NCBI GenBank assembly: GCA_963666275.2
Contig: CAXXOA010000002.1
Location: 1,568,001-1,632,000, forward strand
Length of the DNA stretch: 64,000 bases
Direction of reading: 5' to 3'
Source: Oceanispirochaeta sp.
GTDB lineage: Bacteria > Spirochaetota > Spirochaetia > DSM-2461
The notes beneath the pieces are model-generated. The model worked only from the letters and a program-made list of their open reading frames with translations. It made no database searches and had not been told where the DNA came from. Positions 1 through 9,066 of the stretch are shown in pieces. Position 1 is the first letter of the stretch, and every line of letters starts with the position of its first letter. The translations under genes were made by a program, and so were the position numbers.

Positions 1-2
1 GA

Positions 3-677
3 AAAATTGCCCTGACCTGGGTCCTCTGCCCCGTACTGGCGGCTCTCTTCAGCGTGATCCTCTACTTCCTTGTGAGAACCCTTGTCCACAGACTGAAAAT
101 CCATATCCTGCATCTGGATATCTACACCAGAGCCGCTCTGATTCTGGCGGGAGCCTTCGGTTCCTACAGCCTGGGGGCCAACAATATCGCCAATGTTATG
201 GGAGTTTTTATTCCCTCATCTCCTTTCAGTGATCTGGTTCTGCCGGGAGGAATTGTTTTCAGCGGCGTTCAGCAGCTCTTTCTGATCGGCGGGGTCTCTA
301 TTGCAGCGGGAGTGATCAGCTACTCCCGGAAAGTCATGGAAACTGTGGGGACAGGGATATTTCCCCTTTCTCCGATTACCGCTGTGGTCGTTGTCATTTC
401 GAGTTCTCTGGTGCTCTTTGTTTTTGCCTCCCAGGAGCTTCATGACTCCATGACGGCCGCAGGACTGCCTGCGTTTCCTCTTGTACCGGTATCCAGCTCT
501 CAGGCCGTGGTGGGGGCAGTCATGGGGATCGGATTGATAAAAGGGGGACGGAACCTGAAATACGGCTCACTGGGACGTATCGGTATCGGCTGGATTGCCA
601 CGCCTCTGATATCCTCCCTTATCTGTTACATATCCCTCTTTTTTATGGTTAATGTTTTCAATACCGTAGTGGTTTAA
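3..677 (+). CDS. Inorganic phosphate transporter, PiT family (5' end outside window)
   Basis: Frame is open from base 3 (KIALTWVLCP...). PiT signatures GANNIANVMG and PVSSSQAVVGAVMGIG; multiple hydrophobic helices. Confidence 0.9.
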   Translation, partial: KIALTWVLCPVLAALFSVILYFLVRTLVHRLKIHILHLDIYTRAALILAGAFGSYSLGANNIANVMGVFIPSSPFSDLVLPGGIVFSGVQQLFLIGGVSIAAGVISYSRKVMETVGTGIFPLSPITAVVVVISSSLVLFVFASQELHDSMTAAGLPAFPLVPVSSSQAVVGAVMGIGLIKGGRNLKYGSLGRIGIGWIATPLISSLICYISLFFMVNVFNTVVV

Positions 678-679
678 CC

Positions 680-703
680 TTTCATCCCCCTTGCCGGGAT
701 GAA
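680..703. terminator. Hairpin downstream of PiT gene, overlapping the yjdF promoter
   Basis: TTTCATCCC-ccttgcc-GGGATGAAA, a perfect 9-bp inverted repeat just after the stop. No + strand U-tract, so terminator function is uncertain. Confidence 0.4.
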
Positions 704-719
704 AAAGCTGATTTATTAT
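691..719 (+). promoter_or_regulatory. Sigma70-type promoter for the yjdF leader
   Basis: TTGCCG (691-696), 17-nt spacer, TATTAT (714-719), about 25 nt upstream of the riboswitch aptamer. Confidence 0.6.
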
Positions 720-744
720 AGCCTCAGAAATACTCAAATAAGAA

Positions 745-839
745 GCAAGGCAGAAACACAGTCCGGTATGGTAGTCCGGACGAAAGAAATCTTTTCTTTC
801 CAGTAACCTCTCATGATCATCATGAGTGTCCCGCCTCGT
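745..839 (+). ncRNA. yjdF riboswitch (azaaromatic-sensing cis-regulatory RNA)
   Basis: Ordered elements: AAACAC, stem GTCCGG/CCGGAC with loop TATGGTAGT, stem GAAAGAAA/TTTCTTTC, CAGTAACC, stem CTCATGA/TCATGAG, TGTCC, closed by AGGC/GCCT. This matches the yjdF motif architecture and lies directly upstream of a yjdF gene. Confidence 0.88.
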
Positions 840-867
840 GACAGGCAAAGTCTGTCCGGGAGGTTTT

Positions 868-1278
868 ATGGTTACAGGAGAATTTATTCTTACTTTTGAA
901 GATCCATTCTGGATTGGTCTTTTTTTACGGTGCGATGAAACCGGGTGTTATGCTGCACGGCATATTTTCGGCGCAGAGCCAACCTATCCGGAAGTCAGGA
1001 ACTTTCTTCTCCATGGTTATGATTCTTTAAGTTTTCTATCGATTTCATCTATTGAAATGGAAAATCTTATTCTCCGTGAGGGTAGACAGTCCCGGCGACA
1101 GGTTCGGAAGGGCTCTCAAGATAAGGGGATTCCCCGATCTCTGAACATGTACAAGACAGCTCTGCAGGGAAAGAGAAAGGCACAGAAAGCTGAATCCACG
1201 AAAAGGTCTCAAGACAGAAAGAAAGATCTTTACCTTCTGAAATGTGAGAAACGGCGTCAGAAGAAAAAGGGCCGCTGA
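868..1278 (+). CDS. yjdF: YjdF family protein (DUF2992)
   Basis: N-terminal FEDPFWIGLF...AARHIFGAEP motif and Lys/Arg-rich tail ending KRRQKKKGR. ATG 868 follows a GGGAGG RBS; the track start at 826 lies inside the riboswitch. Confidence 0.88.
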   Translation: MVTGEFILTFEDPFWIGLFLRCDETGCYAARHIFGAEPTYPEVRNFLLHGYDSLSFLSISSIEMENLILREGRQSRRQVRKGSQDKGIPRSLNMYKTALQGKRKAQKAESTKRSQDRKKDLYLLKCEKRRQKKKGR

Positions 1279-1295
1279 CCTCAGCAGGCCTCAGT

Positions 1296-3614
1296 CTATC
1301 TGATCCACTCCTCCAGGCGGTTCTGCTGCCGGATCAGATGGTAGCGGACAAACTCGTTGAGAAAGCGCATCCCGTCTTCGGCTGTCAGAAAGACAGGTAC
1401 CCCTCCGGATTCCAGAATCTTTCCCATCTTGTTGTACGACGAATCCAGGCCGGAAGTGGCAGTCAGAGAGACCACAAAGGGTTTTCTGTGCTTCTTCCTG
1501 AGATCAACAATCCCTTTGGCTATATTCTGTGGATACGCATCGATCTCACTGTCCGTGGTGTGAAGGTATCCCGAATGGGGTACAATCGAAATGAGCAGGG
1601 AGTCGACGGATTTGGAGCTCAGAAGGAGGTCTATGGCTTTAACAAAGATCTCATCGCCGATCATGGGGGTCAGATCCAGCAATGGTTCTATCGTGACAAA
1701 CGGGGGAAGCAGGGACGAGAGGCTCTCTCTGGCGGAGGCATCCAGGTCGGCCAGTTTCAGATCCCTCAGATTGTCCGCCGCGTTGGCTTTTTCATAACCT
1801 GCATTGGTTATCACCGCAGTCCGGCTGCCTTTGACCTCCCTGTCGTAGAGCATGGCGAAGGTTTTGATATAGCCCTGGTGTTCCGTCATGGTTTCCGCTA
1901 CGATCAGTCCTGCCTGTTTCATAGCCGCTTTTGCCACGGCATACTCTCCGGCGATACTGGCCGTATGGGACTGAGTGGCCTGCTGCCCCTCCTGAGTCCT
2001 TCCGGCTTTATAGACCACAATGGGGATGGCGTTCTGTTCGGCCATACTGCGGGAGGCTATGGAGAAGAGCCGCCGGCCCGCTCCCGGCTGAAATCCCTCG
2101 ATATACACACCGATCACGCGTATGTCCGGGTCGTTCTTCCAGAAACTTATAAGATCGCAGGGATCGACATCCAGCTGATTGCCGTAACTGACCACCACTT
2201 TGGGGCTCACCGCGTGGCGAAGCTCGGAAAGCTCCACCAGTCCCAGGGCTCCGCTCTGGCTGAAGAGAGCCAGGTTCTTTTCTCTGGACAGGTCCAGATG
2301 GAATTTGGTTTCGGGAATAAAAAACGTATTGATCCCGGGGACTTTGCCCTCATCCCCTGTAAAGACCACACCCAGACAGTTGGGGCCCATTATTCTTATG
2401 TTTTTCTCCCGGCAGAGCCTGAGTATCTCCTCTTCCGGTCCCCGGTCATGAGAGGTTTCGCTGAAGCCGCCCGGGATGAGAAGGATACCCCGGCAGGAGT
2501 GATCCACAGCCTGCTCCACCACGCCTTTCGCGGCCCCGGCCGGAACTGTGACGACCACCAGTTCCACCCGGGAAGGAAGGCTCTCCAGGGAGGGATAGAG
2601 GGGGATCTCCAGATCCTGAATCCGGGTAGTCCCTCCTCTGGGATTGATGCAGTAGACGTCCTGTCTGTTCAGTTTGAGCAGATTGGATGCAATGATATTG
2701 CCCGGCCTTGTCTGATCGTCCCCGCTGACTCCTACCACCGCAATACCCCGGGGAGTGAAGAAGGCCTCCATATTTCTGAAAAACAGGGAGGATTCCGATT
2801 CTTCCCTTATTTGCATCGGGGAGGCTGTTTTTTTCGGAGCGCAGCAGGCATATCCGTCCAGGGCAATCATCCGCCGGTCTCTGTCAAAGACAAAGGGATT
2901 GATTTCGAACTCACTCAGAACCAGAGGGACATCCCCGCTGCAGGAGGGGAAAAAACCGGAAAAGCAGGTGGAGAGTTCGCTGAATTTCAGAATTGTATCC
3001 AGGATCTGGTCCATATATTCCTGTTTGTTCTCCTGAGTATATTTCTTGCGGATTTCCGTTGACCAGAGAAGCGCTCTGGCCCATTCGTAGGAAACAGGAG
3101 GGAGGATCAGATTGGGGGGTGAAAAATTGGCCGCAAAGTGCTCCGCATCGGAGCCCCCTTTACTGAAACTGATAACAGGGCCGAAGGTCTCGCTCTCCCG
3201 GAAGCCTATCATCACTTCATTACCCAGTTCGGGTGAGTAGTCTATATGCTCCACAAGAAGGGCTCCCTCAACAGAATAGCCCGCCTGCTGAATATCATCA
3301 CACATCCGGCGGAAAGAGTACTGAAGAAAGTCCAGGTCCTTATGGAGGACTCTAACGCCCCCCAGTTTCTCTTTATGAGCCACATCGGGAGAGACGATTT
3401 TAAGGACAACTTTACTGCTGCCGAAGGAGGAGAGAGCCTGCCTGGTTATCTCCTTTTCATGGCTGAGGAAGATATGATGGGGGGTGCCGATCCCGATGAT
3501 ATCCAGGATCCGGTACACCTCATGTTCATAGAGTTGGGTTCTCCTGTCATCAAGAGCCGACTCCAGAATCTGCCATACCCTTTTTTTCCACTGCGTATCT
3601 GCCGGTCTGCTCAT
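1296..3614 (-). CDS. Acetate/acyl-CoA ligase (ADP-forming), fused, with N-terminal ATP-grasp domain
   Basis: ATP-grasp motifs VVLKIVSPDVAHKEKLGGV, FGPVISF, EINPF. CoA-binding and ligase motifs IAVVGVS, GPNCLG, SQSGAL, phospho-His SHTASIAG. Confidence 0.88.
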   Translation of the reverse strand: MSRPADTQWKKRVWQILESALDDRRTQLYEHEVYRILDIIGIGTPHHIFLSHEKEITRQALSSFGSSKVVLKIVSPDVAHKEKLGGVRVLHKDLDFLQYSFRRMCDDIQQAGYSVEGALLVEHIDYSPELGNEVMIGFRESETFGPVISFSKGGSDAEHFAANFSPPNLILPPVSYEWARALLWSTEIRKKYTQENKQEYMDQILDTILKFSELSTCFSGFFPSCSGDVPLVLSEFEINPFVFDRDRRMIALDGYACCAPKKTASPMQIREESESSLFFRNMEAFFTPRGIAVVGVSGDDQTRPGNIIASNLLKLNRQDVYCINPRGGTTRIQDLEIPLYPSLESLPSRVELVVVTVPAGAAKGVVEQAVDHSCRGILLIPGGFSETSHDRGPEEEILRLCREKNIRIMGPNCLGVVFTGDEGKVPGINTFFIPETKFHLDLSREKNLALFSQSGALGLVELSELRHAVSPKVVVSYGNQLDVDPCDLISFWKNDPDIRVIGVYIEGFQPGAGRRLFSIASRSMAEQNAIPIVVYKAGRTQEGQQATQSHTASIAGEYAVAKAAMKQAGLIVAETMTEHQGYIKTFAMLYDREVKGSRTAVITNAGYEKANAADNLRDLKLADLDASARESLSSLLPPFVTIEPLLDLTPMIGDEIFVKAIDLLLSSKSVDSLLISIVPHSGYLHTTDSEIDAYPQNIAKGIVDLRKKHRKPFVVSLTATSGLDSSYNKMGKILESGGVPVFLTAEDGMRFLNEFVRYHLIRQQNRLEEWIR

Positions 3615-3650
3615 TTTCAGACGCCCCCTTGTAGATGCCTTTATTACTGC

Positions 3651-3679
3651 ATTATTGGGGCAGCTGCGGGTTCTGTCAA
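3651..3679 (-). promoter_or_regulatory. Sigma70-type promoter of the acyl-CoA ligase gene
   Basis: Minus strand TTGACA (3679-3674), N17, AATAAT (3656-3651). An imperfect inverted repeat (TCTGATTTCCCC...GGGGAAAATCAGA, 3681-3720) lies just upstream. Confidence 0.55.
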
Positions 3680-3761
3680 ATCTGATTTCCCCGGGGGCTG
3701 TCCGGTTGGGGAAAATCAGATTCGGGGGCGCTGGAATTACAGGCGGCTCCGGCTGGTTCTT

Positions 3762-5105
3762 CTACAGGGATTCTTCTGGAGGCGCCGGCCGGCGGACTTT
3801 TATTCCCAGAACAAACAGAACCGTCAGTATCCCCAGGCAGATCAGGGATGCCGTACTGTAGGATCCTGTGTATTTCCGGATCAGGCTGAAAAAGTAGGGG
3901 CCCACGGCCGAACCGGCTACCATCAGTCCCATTATCTGTCCTGTGATGGCTCCCAGGTGCTCTATTCCGTAGTACCGGGGCCAGACGATGGAGTTGGTAA
4001 TATTGAAGAGGCCCACTGTGATTCCGTAGGAAATAATGATCATTACATAGGGCACTCCCGGGGCTATGCGGGAGATGAAAAACATGGCTGTCAGCAGACT
4101 GGCCTGCTGGACAAGGAGGATATATCTTATCCGAATGAAATCGCTCAGCCAGCTGCCGACAAAATTGGCCGTAATGGAGAGGAATGAGGCAGGCAGAAAG
4201 ATACCGATAGCCTGTTCTCTTGTCATCCCGACGGATTCGAAGATAGAGACAATGTGAAAAGTGAAGGCTGTAATAAACAGGGAGTGCATTGTCAGGGTCA
4301 GGCCCAGAACCCAGAAGGGGAGAGTCTTTCGCGCCTCTTTGAGGGTAAAACTTTTCTCAGGATGACTGGGCGGGCGGGTGGTTCTGACTTTTACCTCCCG
4401 GAGGCTGTCCGGTTTCATTCCGCAGTCAAAAGGATTGTCACGGCCTATAAGAAAGTAGGCCAGGGTCCCTCCGGTGATGATCCCGATTCCCATCAGGCGC
4501 CAGGCTCCGTTCCATCCGCTGTTTTGAACCATATCGTTGAGGAATCGGGGCGCCAGGGAAAAACCGAAGGAGGTACAGACTCCCAGAACGGCATTGGCTC
4601 GTCCCCGGTAGATATCAAACCATTTCATCACCATATTTTTTGAAATCAGGGTGACCATTCCCTGCCCCAGAAAGCGCAGGAGAAAAAAGGAAAGGCTTAT
4701 GAGTATAAAGGCAATCGCACGGGGAGGAAGAGGAATGACCGAGTTGAGAAGTCCGAGGAATGCTTCCAGCCCCGAAAGGCCTATCAGCAGGAGTCCCAGG
4801 AGGAATACCGCAAGAGTTCCCATGACTCTGGCTCCGTATTTATCCAGGCTCTTTCCCGCCGGTGTCAGGATCAGCGCACTGATGATGGTTCCGATCATAT
4901 AGGCCAGGGAGAGGTTCACTCTGGAGAGATCCAGGACCCGGATCAGATCGTCCGTAAAGACCGATACTCCCACGGTCTGGCCGGGAAGGCTCATCCATAC
5001 CCCGATGACTCCCATAACCAGGATAACCCATCCGTAATAGAAGGGAAGGGATGAGGGAGAGAAGGGAAAGGATACCATTTTTTTAATACTGTTTTTTTGC
5101 GTCAT
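3762..5105 (-). CDS. MFS transporter (OFA/MCT-like)
   Basis: YYGWVIL start, GKSLDKYGAR motif A, KWFDIYRGRA, about 12 TM helices. Confidence 0.88.
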   Translation of the reverse strand: MTQKNSIKKMVSFPFSPSSLPFYYGWVILVMGVIGVWMSLPGQTVGVSVFTDDLIRVLDLSRVNLSLAYMIGTIISALILTPAGKSLDKYGARVMGTLAVFLLGLLLIGLSGLEAFLGLLNSVIPLPPRAIAFILISLSFFLLRFLGQGMVTLISKNMVMKWFDIYRGRANAVLGVCTSFGFSLAPRFLNDMVQNSGWNGAWRLMGIGIITGGTLAYFLIGRDNPFDCGMKPDSLREVKVRTTRPPSHPEKSFTLKEARKTLPFWVLGLTLTMHSLFITAFTFHIVSIFESVGMTREQAIGIFLPASFLSITANFVGSWLSDFIRIRYILLVQQASLLTAMFFISRIAPGVPYVMIIISYGITVGLFNITNSIVWPRYYGIEHLGAITGQIMGLMVAGSAVGPYFFSLIRKYTGSYSTASLICLGILTVLFVLGIKVRRPAPPEESL

Positions 5106-5149
5106 ATCCCGTAATCATAGCGGTTACGGGAGAGACAGGGCAAGACATG

Positions 5150-5653
5150 TCAGGGAATAGTTATTGTCCCCGTATAGGCCCAGCTGTGCTTTCTGCCTGT
5201 ATTATCGTTTTTGCCGTAGGCCAGCAGAAGGGGATAGGTTTCGCCTCTTTCCAGCAGGGTATCGTACTCGTCTGAGCTGCCCAGGGGCAGGGAGAAACTG
5301 ACTGTTGTGTCTTCCTGAGTCTGTCTTCCCGAGAGGATCTGGAGATTCTGAGCTCCTCCCAGATCTATATCCCTTTTGTGTGAAAAGGATCCTGTGCCGA
5401 AGTGGTCCTCTCCCATGGCAATACCCATATCATCGTCGACCCAGACCTGAATCAGATTGGCATCCCGCATGATCTTTGTGGCGCCTGTACCGAAAGCCAG
5501 CCATCCGGTTGTGGGAGCGCTCATGACGACCACAAGTCTGTCCTCTCTCACTTCCCAGCTGATGGATACGTCATCCTTTTCGAACAGGCTCTGACCTGAC
5601 AGGGAGAAAAGGGATAAAGAGATGGTTAAAAGAAAGAAAATTCGAATCTTCAT
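5150..5653 (-). CDS. Secreted DOMON-domain protein
   Basis: Signal peptide MKIRIFFLL...; DOMON motifs APTTGWLAFG, MRDANLI, LLAYG and C-terminal His. AGAGGAGG RBS before 5653. Confidence 0.8.
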   Translation of the reverse strand: MKIRIFFLLTISLSLFSLSGQSLFEKDDVSISWEVREDRLVVVMSAPTTGWLAFGTGATKIMRDANLIQVWVDDDMGIAMGEDHFGTGSFSHKRDIDLGGAQNLQILSGRQTQEDTTVSFSLPLGSSDEYDTLLERGETYPLLLAYGKNDNTGRKHSWAYTGTITIP

Positions 5654-5828
5654 AGCTGTGCCTCCTCTAGTAAAATGAACCAATTCTCAGGAGTTTGCAA
5701 TGACTCTCTTCAGTTTCTATCTGAACTGGCCGAAAAATTCACTGATTACCACCGAATCGGTGGATTTTTCTATGTTAAGACGATTAGTATTCTATTAGTA
5801 AAGCGTAAATAAAAGGAAGAGATTCACT

Positions 5829-6365
5829 ATGAAAAATAATCTGGCTGTTATCACGGGCGTAGGAGAGGACAGAATCGGTATTGTTGATGATTTTACCTCA
5901 TTTATCGAGTCCAAAAAGGGGAATATTCTGGAGAGCCGGATGTCGGTCCTCGGAGGGGAGTTTGCCGTGATCATGCTGATCTCCGGAGAAAAGAGGGCCA
6001 TCAGCGGACTTATCAGTGATATTGAAGAGCTTGAAAGGATTTCGGGACTCCGCATAGAGATCAAACCCACGGTTTCGCAGGATCAGGACAGGAACAGCAT
6101 TCCCTATATACTGGAGTGTGTCTCTCTGGACAGCCCGGGGCTTGTGCACTCGGTTACCCGGTTTATCCGGGAGCAGGGTATAAACATTGAAAGCCTGGAG
6201 ACCGAAACCAGTCACGCCCCCTGGACGGGAGCTCCTCTCTTTAAAATGCGGGCCAATCTGATTGTCCCCATGACTGTCTCTGTTCAGGAAGTCAGGAAAG
6301 GACTGAACAGTCTGGAACAGGAAAAGGATCTGGATATCACCTTCCGGGCCATTACGGGACAGTAA
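5829..6365 (+). CDS. gcvR: GcvR-like tandem ACT-domain protein
   Basis: Two ACT repeats: GEDRIGIV...NILESRMSVLGGEFA and DSPGLVHSVT...GINIESLET. Confidence 0.85.
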   Translation: MKNNLAVITGVGEDRIGIVDDFTSFIESKKGNILESRMSVLGGEFAVIMLISGEKRAISGLISDIEELERISGLRIEIKPTVSQDQDRNSIPYILECVSLDSPGLVHSVTRFIREQGINIESLETETSHAPWTGAPLFKMRANLIVPMTVSVQEVRKGLNSLEQEKDLDITFRAITGQ

Positions 6366-6438
6366 TTTTTCCTGTCCTGTGTGTTTTCCCTGAGGGTTCG
6401 GCTGGTATTGATAGTCAAACAGAGGTTAATCTGGTATT

Positions 6439-7404
6439 TTGAGTAGTATGGTCTTATCTGAAAACAGGCACTACCTCTTTTTTCTGGACAGAAAAATACT
6501 CATAAAAGACGGTCAGTCTCTTTCCATAGGAAGAGACCAGTCCTGTGATATCCTGCTGGAGGAGAGAACGGTCTCCCGTAACCATGCCAGGATCTGGCGG
6601 GAGAAGGACCGGGTTTTTCTGAAGGATATGGGGAGCACCAACGGGGTGCAGCTGAATTACAGGAATGTTACCGAGCAGAGCCTCAGTTCGGAGGACCGCA
6701 TCATCATCGGCCCTTTTGTCCTGGTGTACCGGATTGTGTCTGATGAAAGCTCTTCATCGGATTCTCCTGTACAGTCCAGTGAAAATATCCTGTCGGAGAC
6801 TCTGCTCCTTGAAAAGAAAGTGGCCACGATTCTCAATAATATTGATGATTCTGAGATCAGAAACCAGCTTTTTGATCTCAAACATATAATAAACAGATCC
6901 AAGGAGAAACTCTCCCGTCTGGCCCTGGTGGATCAGCTGACCCTTCTCTACAACAGAAGGTATTTCGATGATTCCCTGGCCAGAGAGGTGGAGAGGGCCA
7001 GACGGTACAGTCAGAGCATCTGTCTGGTTCTTATCGATATTGATCTGTTCAAGAATATCAATGATACCTACGGTCACCAGAAAGGGGATGAGATCCTCCA
7101 CCTGGTGGCCCAGACTATCAGTGACAATCTCCGCCTCAATGATATTGCTTCCCGCTACGGGGGGGAGGAGCTGGCTGTTATCCTTCCTGAAACCACCCTT
7201 CCCCAGGCTCTTGTCACCGCGGAAAAGCTGAGAGCCGCCGTTCAGGCTGATACCCTTGCCAAGTCGGGTGTGGAAGTCACCATAAGCCTGGGGGTCGCCG
7301 AGTTCCGGGACGGGGATAATGCGGCTTCCGATATGATCAAACGGGCAGATGAAGCTATGTATGAGGCCAAAAAACTGGGCCGGAACAGGGTCTTTCCCGA
7401 ATAA
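6439..7404 (+). CDS. FHA-domain diguanylate cyclase (FHA-GGDEF)
   Basis: FHA motifs IGR, VSRNHA, DMGSTNG. GGDEF motifs DQLTLLYNRR, DIDLFKNINDTYGHQKGD, RYGGEEL, RxxD I-site (RLND). Confidence 0.9.
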   Translation: MSSMVLSENRHYLFFLDRKILIKDGQSLSIGRDQSCDILLEERTVSRNHARIWREKDRVFLKDMGSTNGVQLNYRNVTEQSLSSEDRIIIGPFVLVYRIVSDESSSSDSPVQSSENILSETLLLEKKVATILNNIDDSEIRNQLFDLKHIINRSKEKLSRLALVDQLTLLYNRRYFDDSLAREVERARRYSQSICLVLIDIDLFKNINDTYGHQKGDEILHLVAQTISDNLRLNDIASRYGGEELAVILPETTLPQALVTAEKLRAAVQADTLAKSGVEVTISLGVAEFRDGDNAASDMIKRADEAMYEAKKLGRNRVFPE

Positions 7405-7427
7405 TTGCAGCAGAATAAGGAGTTTCT

Positions 7428-8651
7428 ATGACCAAGGATCACAAAATCGGGAAAGGCAGGCCTGATAAATTTGCCGGATTCATCTGGACTTTCGGGAGTT
7501 TTATATCCAGACAGATCTATAACAAGGCATTGAACCTGCAGTTCCGGAACTTTGAGATTCTGGAGAATATGGAACCCCCTTTTCTGATTATGGCCAATCA
7601 TGTGACCAACTATGATCCTGTGATCATCTCCTCCAATTACAGACATCTTGTCCACTGGGTGGCAAATGATGCGGTTTTCAGACATCCCGTTATAAGATGG
7701 GCTTTCAACAGGGTTCAGACCATACCGAAAACCAAAGGGATGTCCGATCTGGATACGGTCCGTCTAATGCATGAAAAAATCAGGGAAGGCGGAGTGGTGG
7801 GGCTGTTCCCCGAAGGGAAAACCTGCTGGGACGGCAGAACTCAAAGCGTTATGCCTGCCACGGCCAAACTTGTCAAACTGCTGAAGGTTCCCGTTGTCTC
7901 TGTGACAATCCGGGGCGGATATATGACTCAGCCCCGCTGGGTATGGCCCAAAAACAGGAGGCGGAGCCGGATCCTTCTGGACACCCGTCTGCTCATAGAA
8001 AAGGATGAGATTAAAAGCCTGAGCGTGGAAGAGATCGACCGCCGCCTGGAAGAGGGACTCGGGAATGACGATTTTCTTTTTCAGAAAGAGAATCCCGTGC
8101 TTCTGGAAAGTGAAAAACGGGCGGAGCATCTGGAGCTTTTTACCTATATCTGTCCCAGGTGCGGGCGCCTTGAGGCGTTGAGGTCCCGGGGCAATGAGGT
8201 CAATTGTGTAAACTGTAAATGGGCTTTTTCGATCGATCCCTACGGACAGCTTCCGTCGGATCAGGACTTTCCCTTTGCCGATCTGACCCAGTGGAACCGC
8301 TGGCAGCAGGAGGAGACGGTAAAGCGGGTGGAAAAGTACCTGGGGGATTCGGAAAATGTGGCCCCCCTCCTGGAAGACCGGGGGATTACCCTTTTAACCG
8401 GAGCGGGACTGGTGCCTCTGAAACCTCTTTGCAGAGGGGATGCCCAGCTTCTGAAGGACCGGATCCTCTTCACTCCCATCCGGGGGGAGACACTTACCTT
8501 TCCCCTGAGTGAGATAGAAGCTCCCAGCATTTTCAAACAGCAGAAGTTCGAGTTCTATCATAAGAAAGTTCTCTACCGCTTCCATTATCAGAATCCCTGG
8601 GATTCCGCCTATAAGTGGCTCTCTTTTCTCCAGGCTCTCATGAAGGCCTGA
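7428..8651 (+). CDS. Lysophospholipid acyltransferase (PlsC-like) with C-terminal Zn-ribbon extension
   Basis: NHVTNYD (HX4D) and LFPEG motifs; CPRC...CVNC pair in the C-terminal half. Confidence 0.85.
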   Translation: MTKDHKIGKGRPDKFAGFIWTFGSFISRQIYNKALNLQFRNFEILENMEPPFLIMANHVTNYDPVIISSNYRHLVHWVANDAVFRHPVIRWAFNRVQTIPKTKGMSDLDTVRLMHEKIREGGVVGLFPEGKTCWDGRTQSVMPATAKLVKLLKVPVVSVTIRGGYMTQPRWVWPKNRRRSRILLDTRLLIEKDEIKSLSVEEIDRRLEEGLGNDDFLFQKENPVLLESEKRAEHLELFTYICPRCGRLEALRSRGNEVNCVNCKWAFSIDPYGQLPSDQDFPFADLTQWNRWQQEETVKRVEKYLGDSENVAPLLEDRGITLLTGAGLVPLKPLCRGDAQLLKDRILFTPIRGETLTFPLSEIEAPSIFKQQKFEFYHKKVLYRFHYQNPWDSAYKWLSFLQALMKA

Positions 8652-9066
8652 TCAGGTCGGGTTTCCCGGCTCTCCTCCGGATCCTGTTGATTCCCCGGTA
8701 GATACTGTCCCGGGATATCAGTCTGATTTCAAGGTCTCTTTTACCGGGAAAATCCATCACAAGAAGCCCCGCCAGAATCGTCAGGATTCCCTGGCCCGGT
8801 GTAAACAGCATAATCCCTCCCATCAGGAGCAGAAGAACTCCCAGAAGGTTTCTGACCACCCCTGACAGGATTCTGAAGATCCGGCTTCTCAGACCGGCAT
8901 GATCTCTCCTGTGTCCCTCTTTCTCCAGGAAATAGTCCGTGGGAATCCGTATGAGAATGACCGGGAGGATCAGGAGGGTTCCGAAAAATGTGACAAGCGA
9001 CAGGCCCCCGGCAAGCCAGAGAATCCAGGGGTTCTGACCTGTCAGCTCAGAGAATAAGGAGCCCAT
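8638..9066 (-). CDS. PGPGW-type putative membrane protein
   Basis: Hydrophobic helices with IPTDYF, GGIMLFTPGQGILTIL and DFPGKR motifs. Confidence 0.75.
   Translation of the reverse strand: MGSLFSELTGQNPWILWLAGGLSLVTFFGTLLILPVILIRIPTDYFLEKEGHRRDHAGLRSRIFRILSGVVRNLLGVLLLLMGGIMLFTPGQGILTILAGLLVMDFPGKRDLEIRLISRDSIYRGINRIRRRAGKPDLIRPS

Noticed and set aside
1338..3062. 574-aa + strand ORF
   Set aside because: Antisense shadow of the well-supported acyl-CoA ligase; no recognisable motifs.
5654..5828. Possible glycine riboswitch near gcvR (TCTCAGG at about 5685)
   Set aside because: Other conserved elements (GGAGA...CCGAAG...GCAA) are missing.
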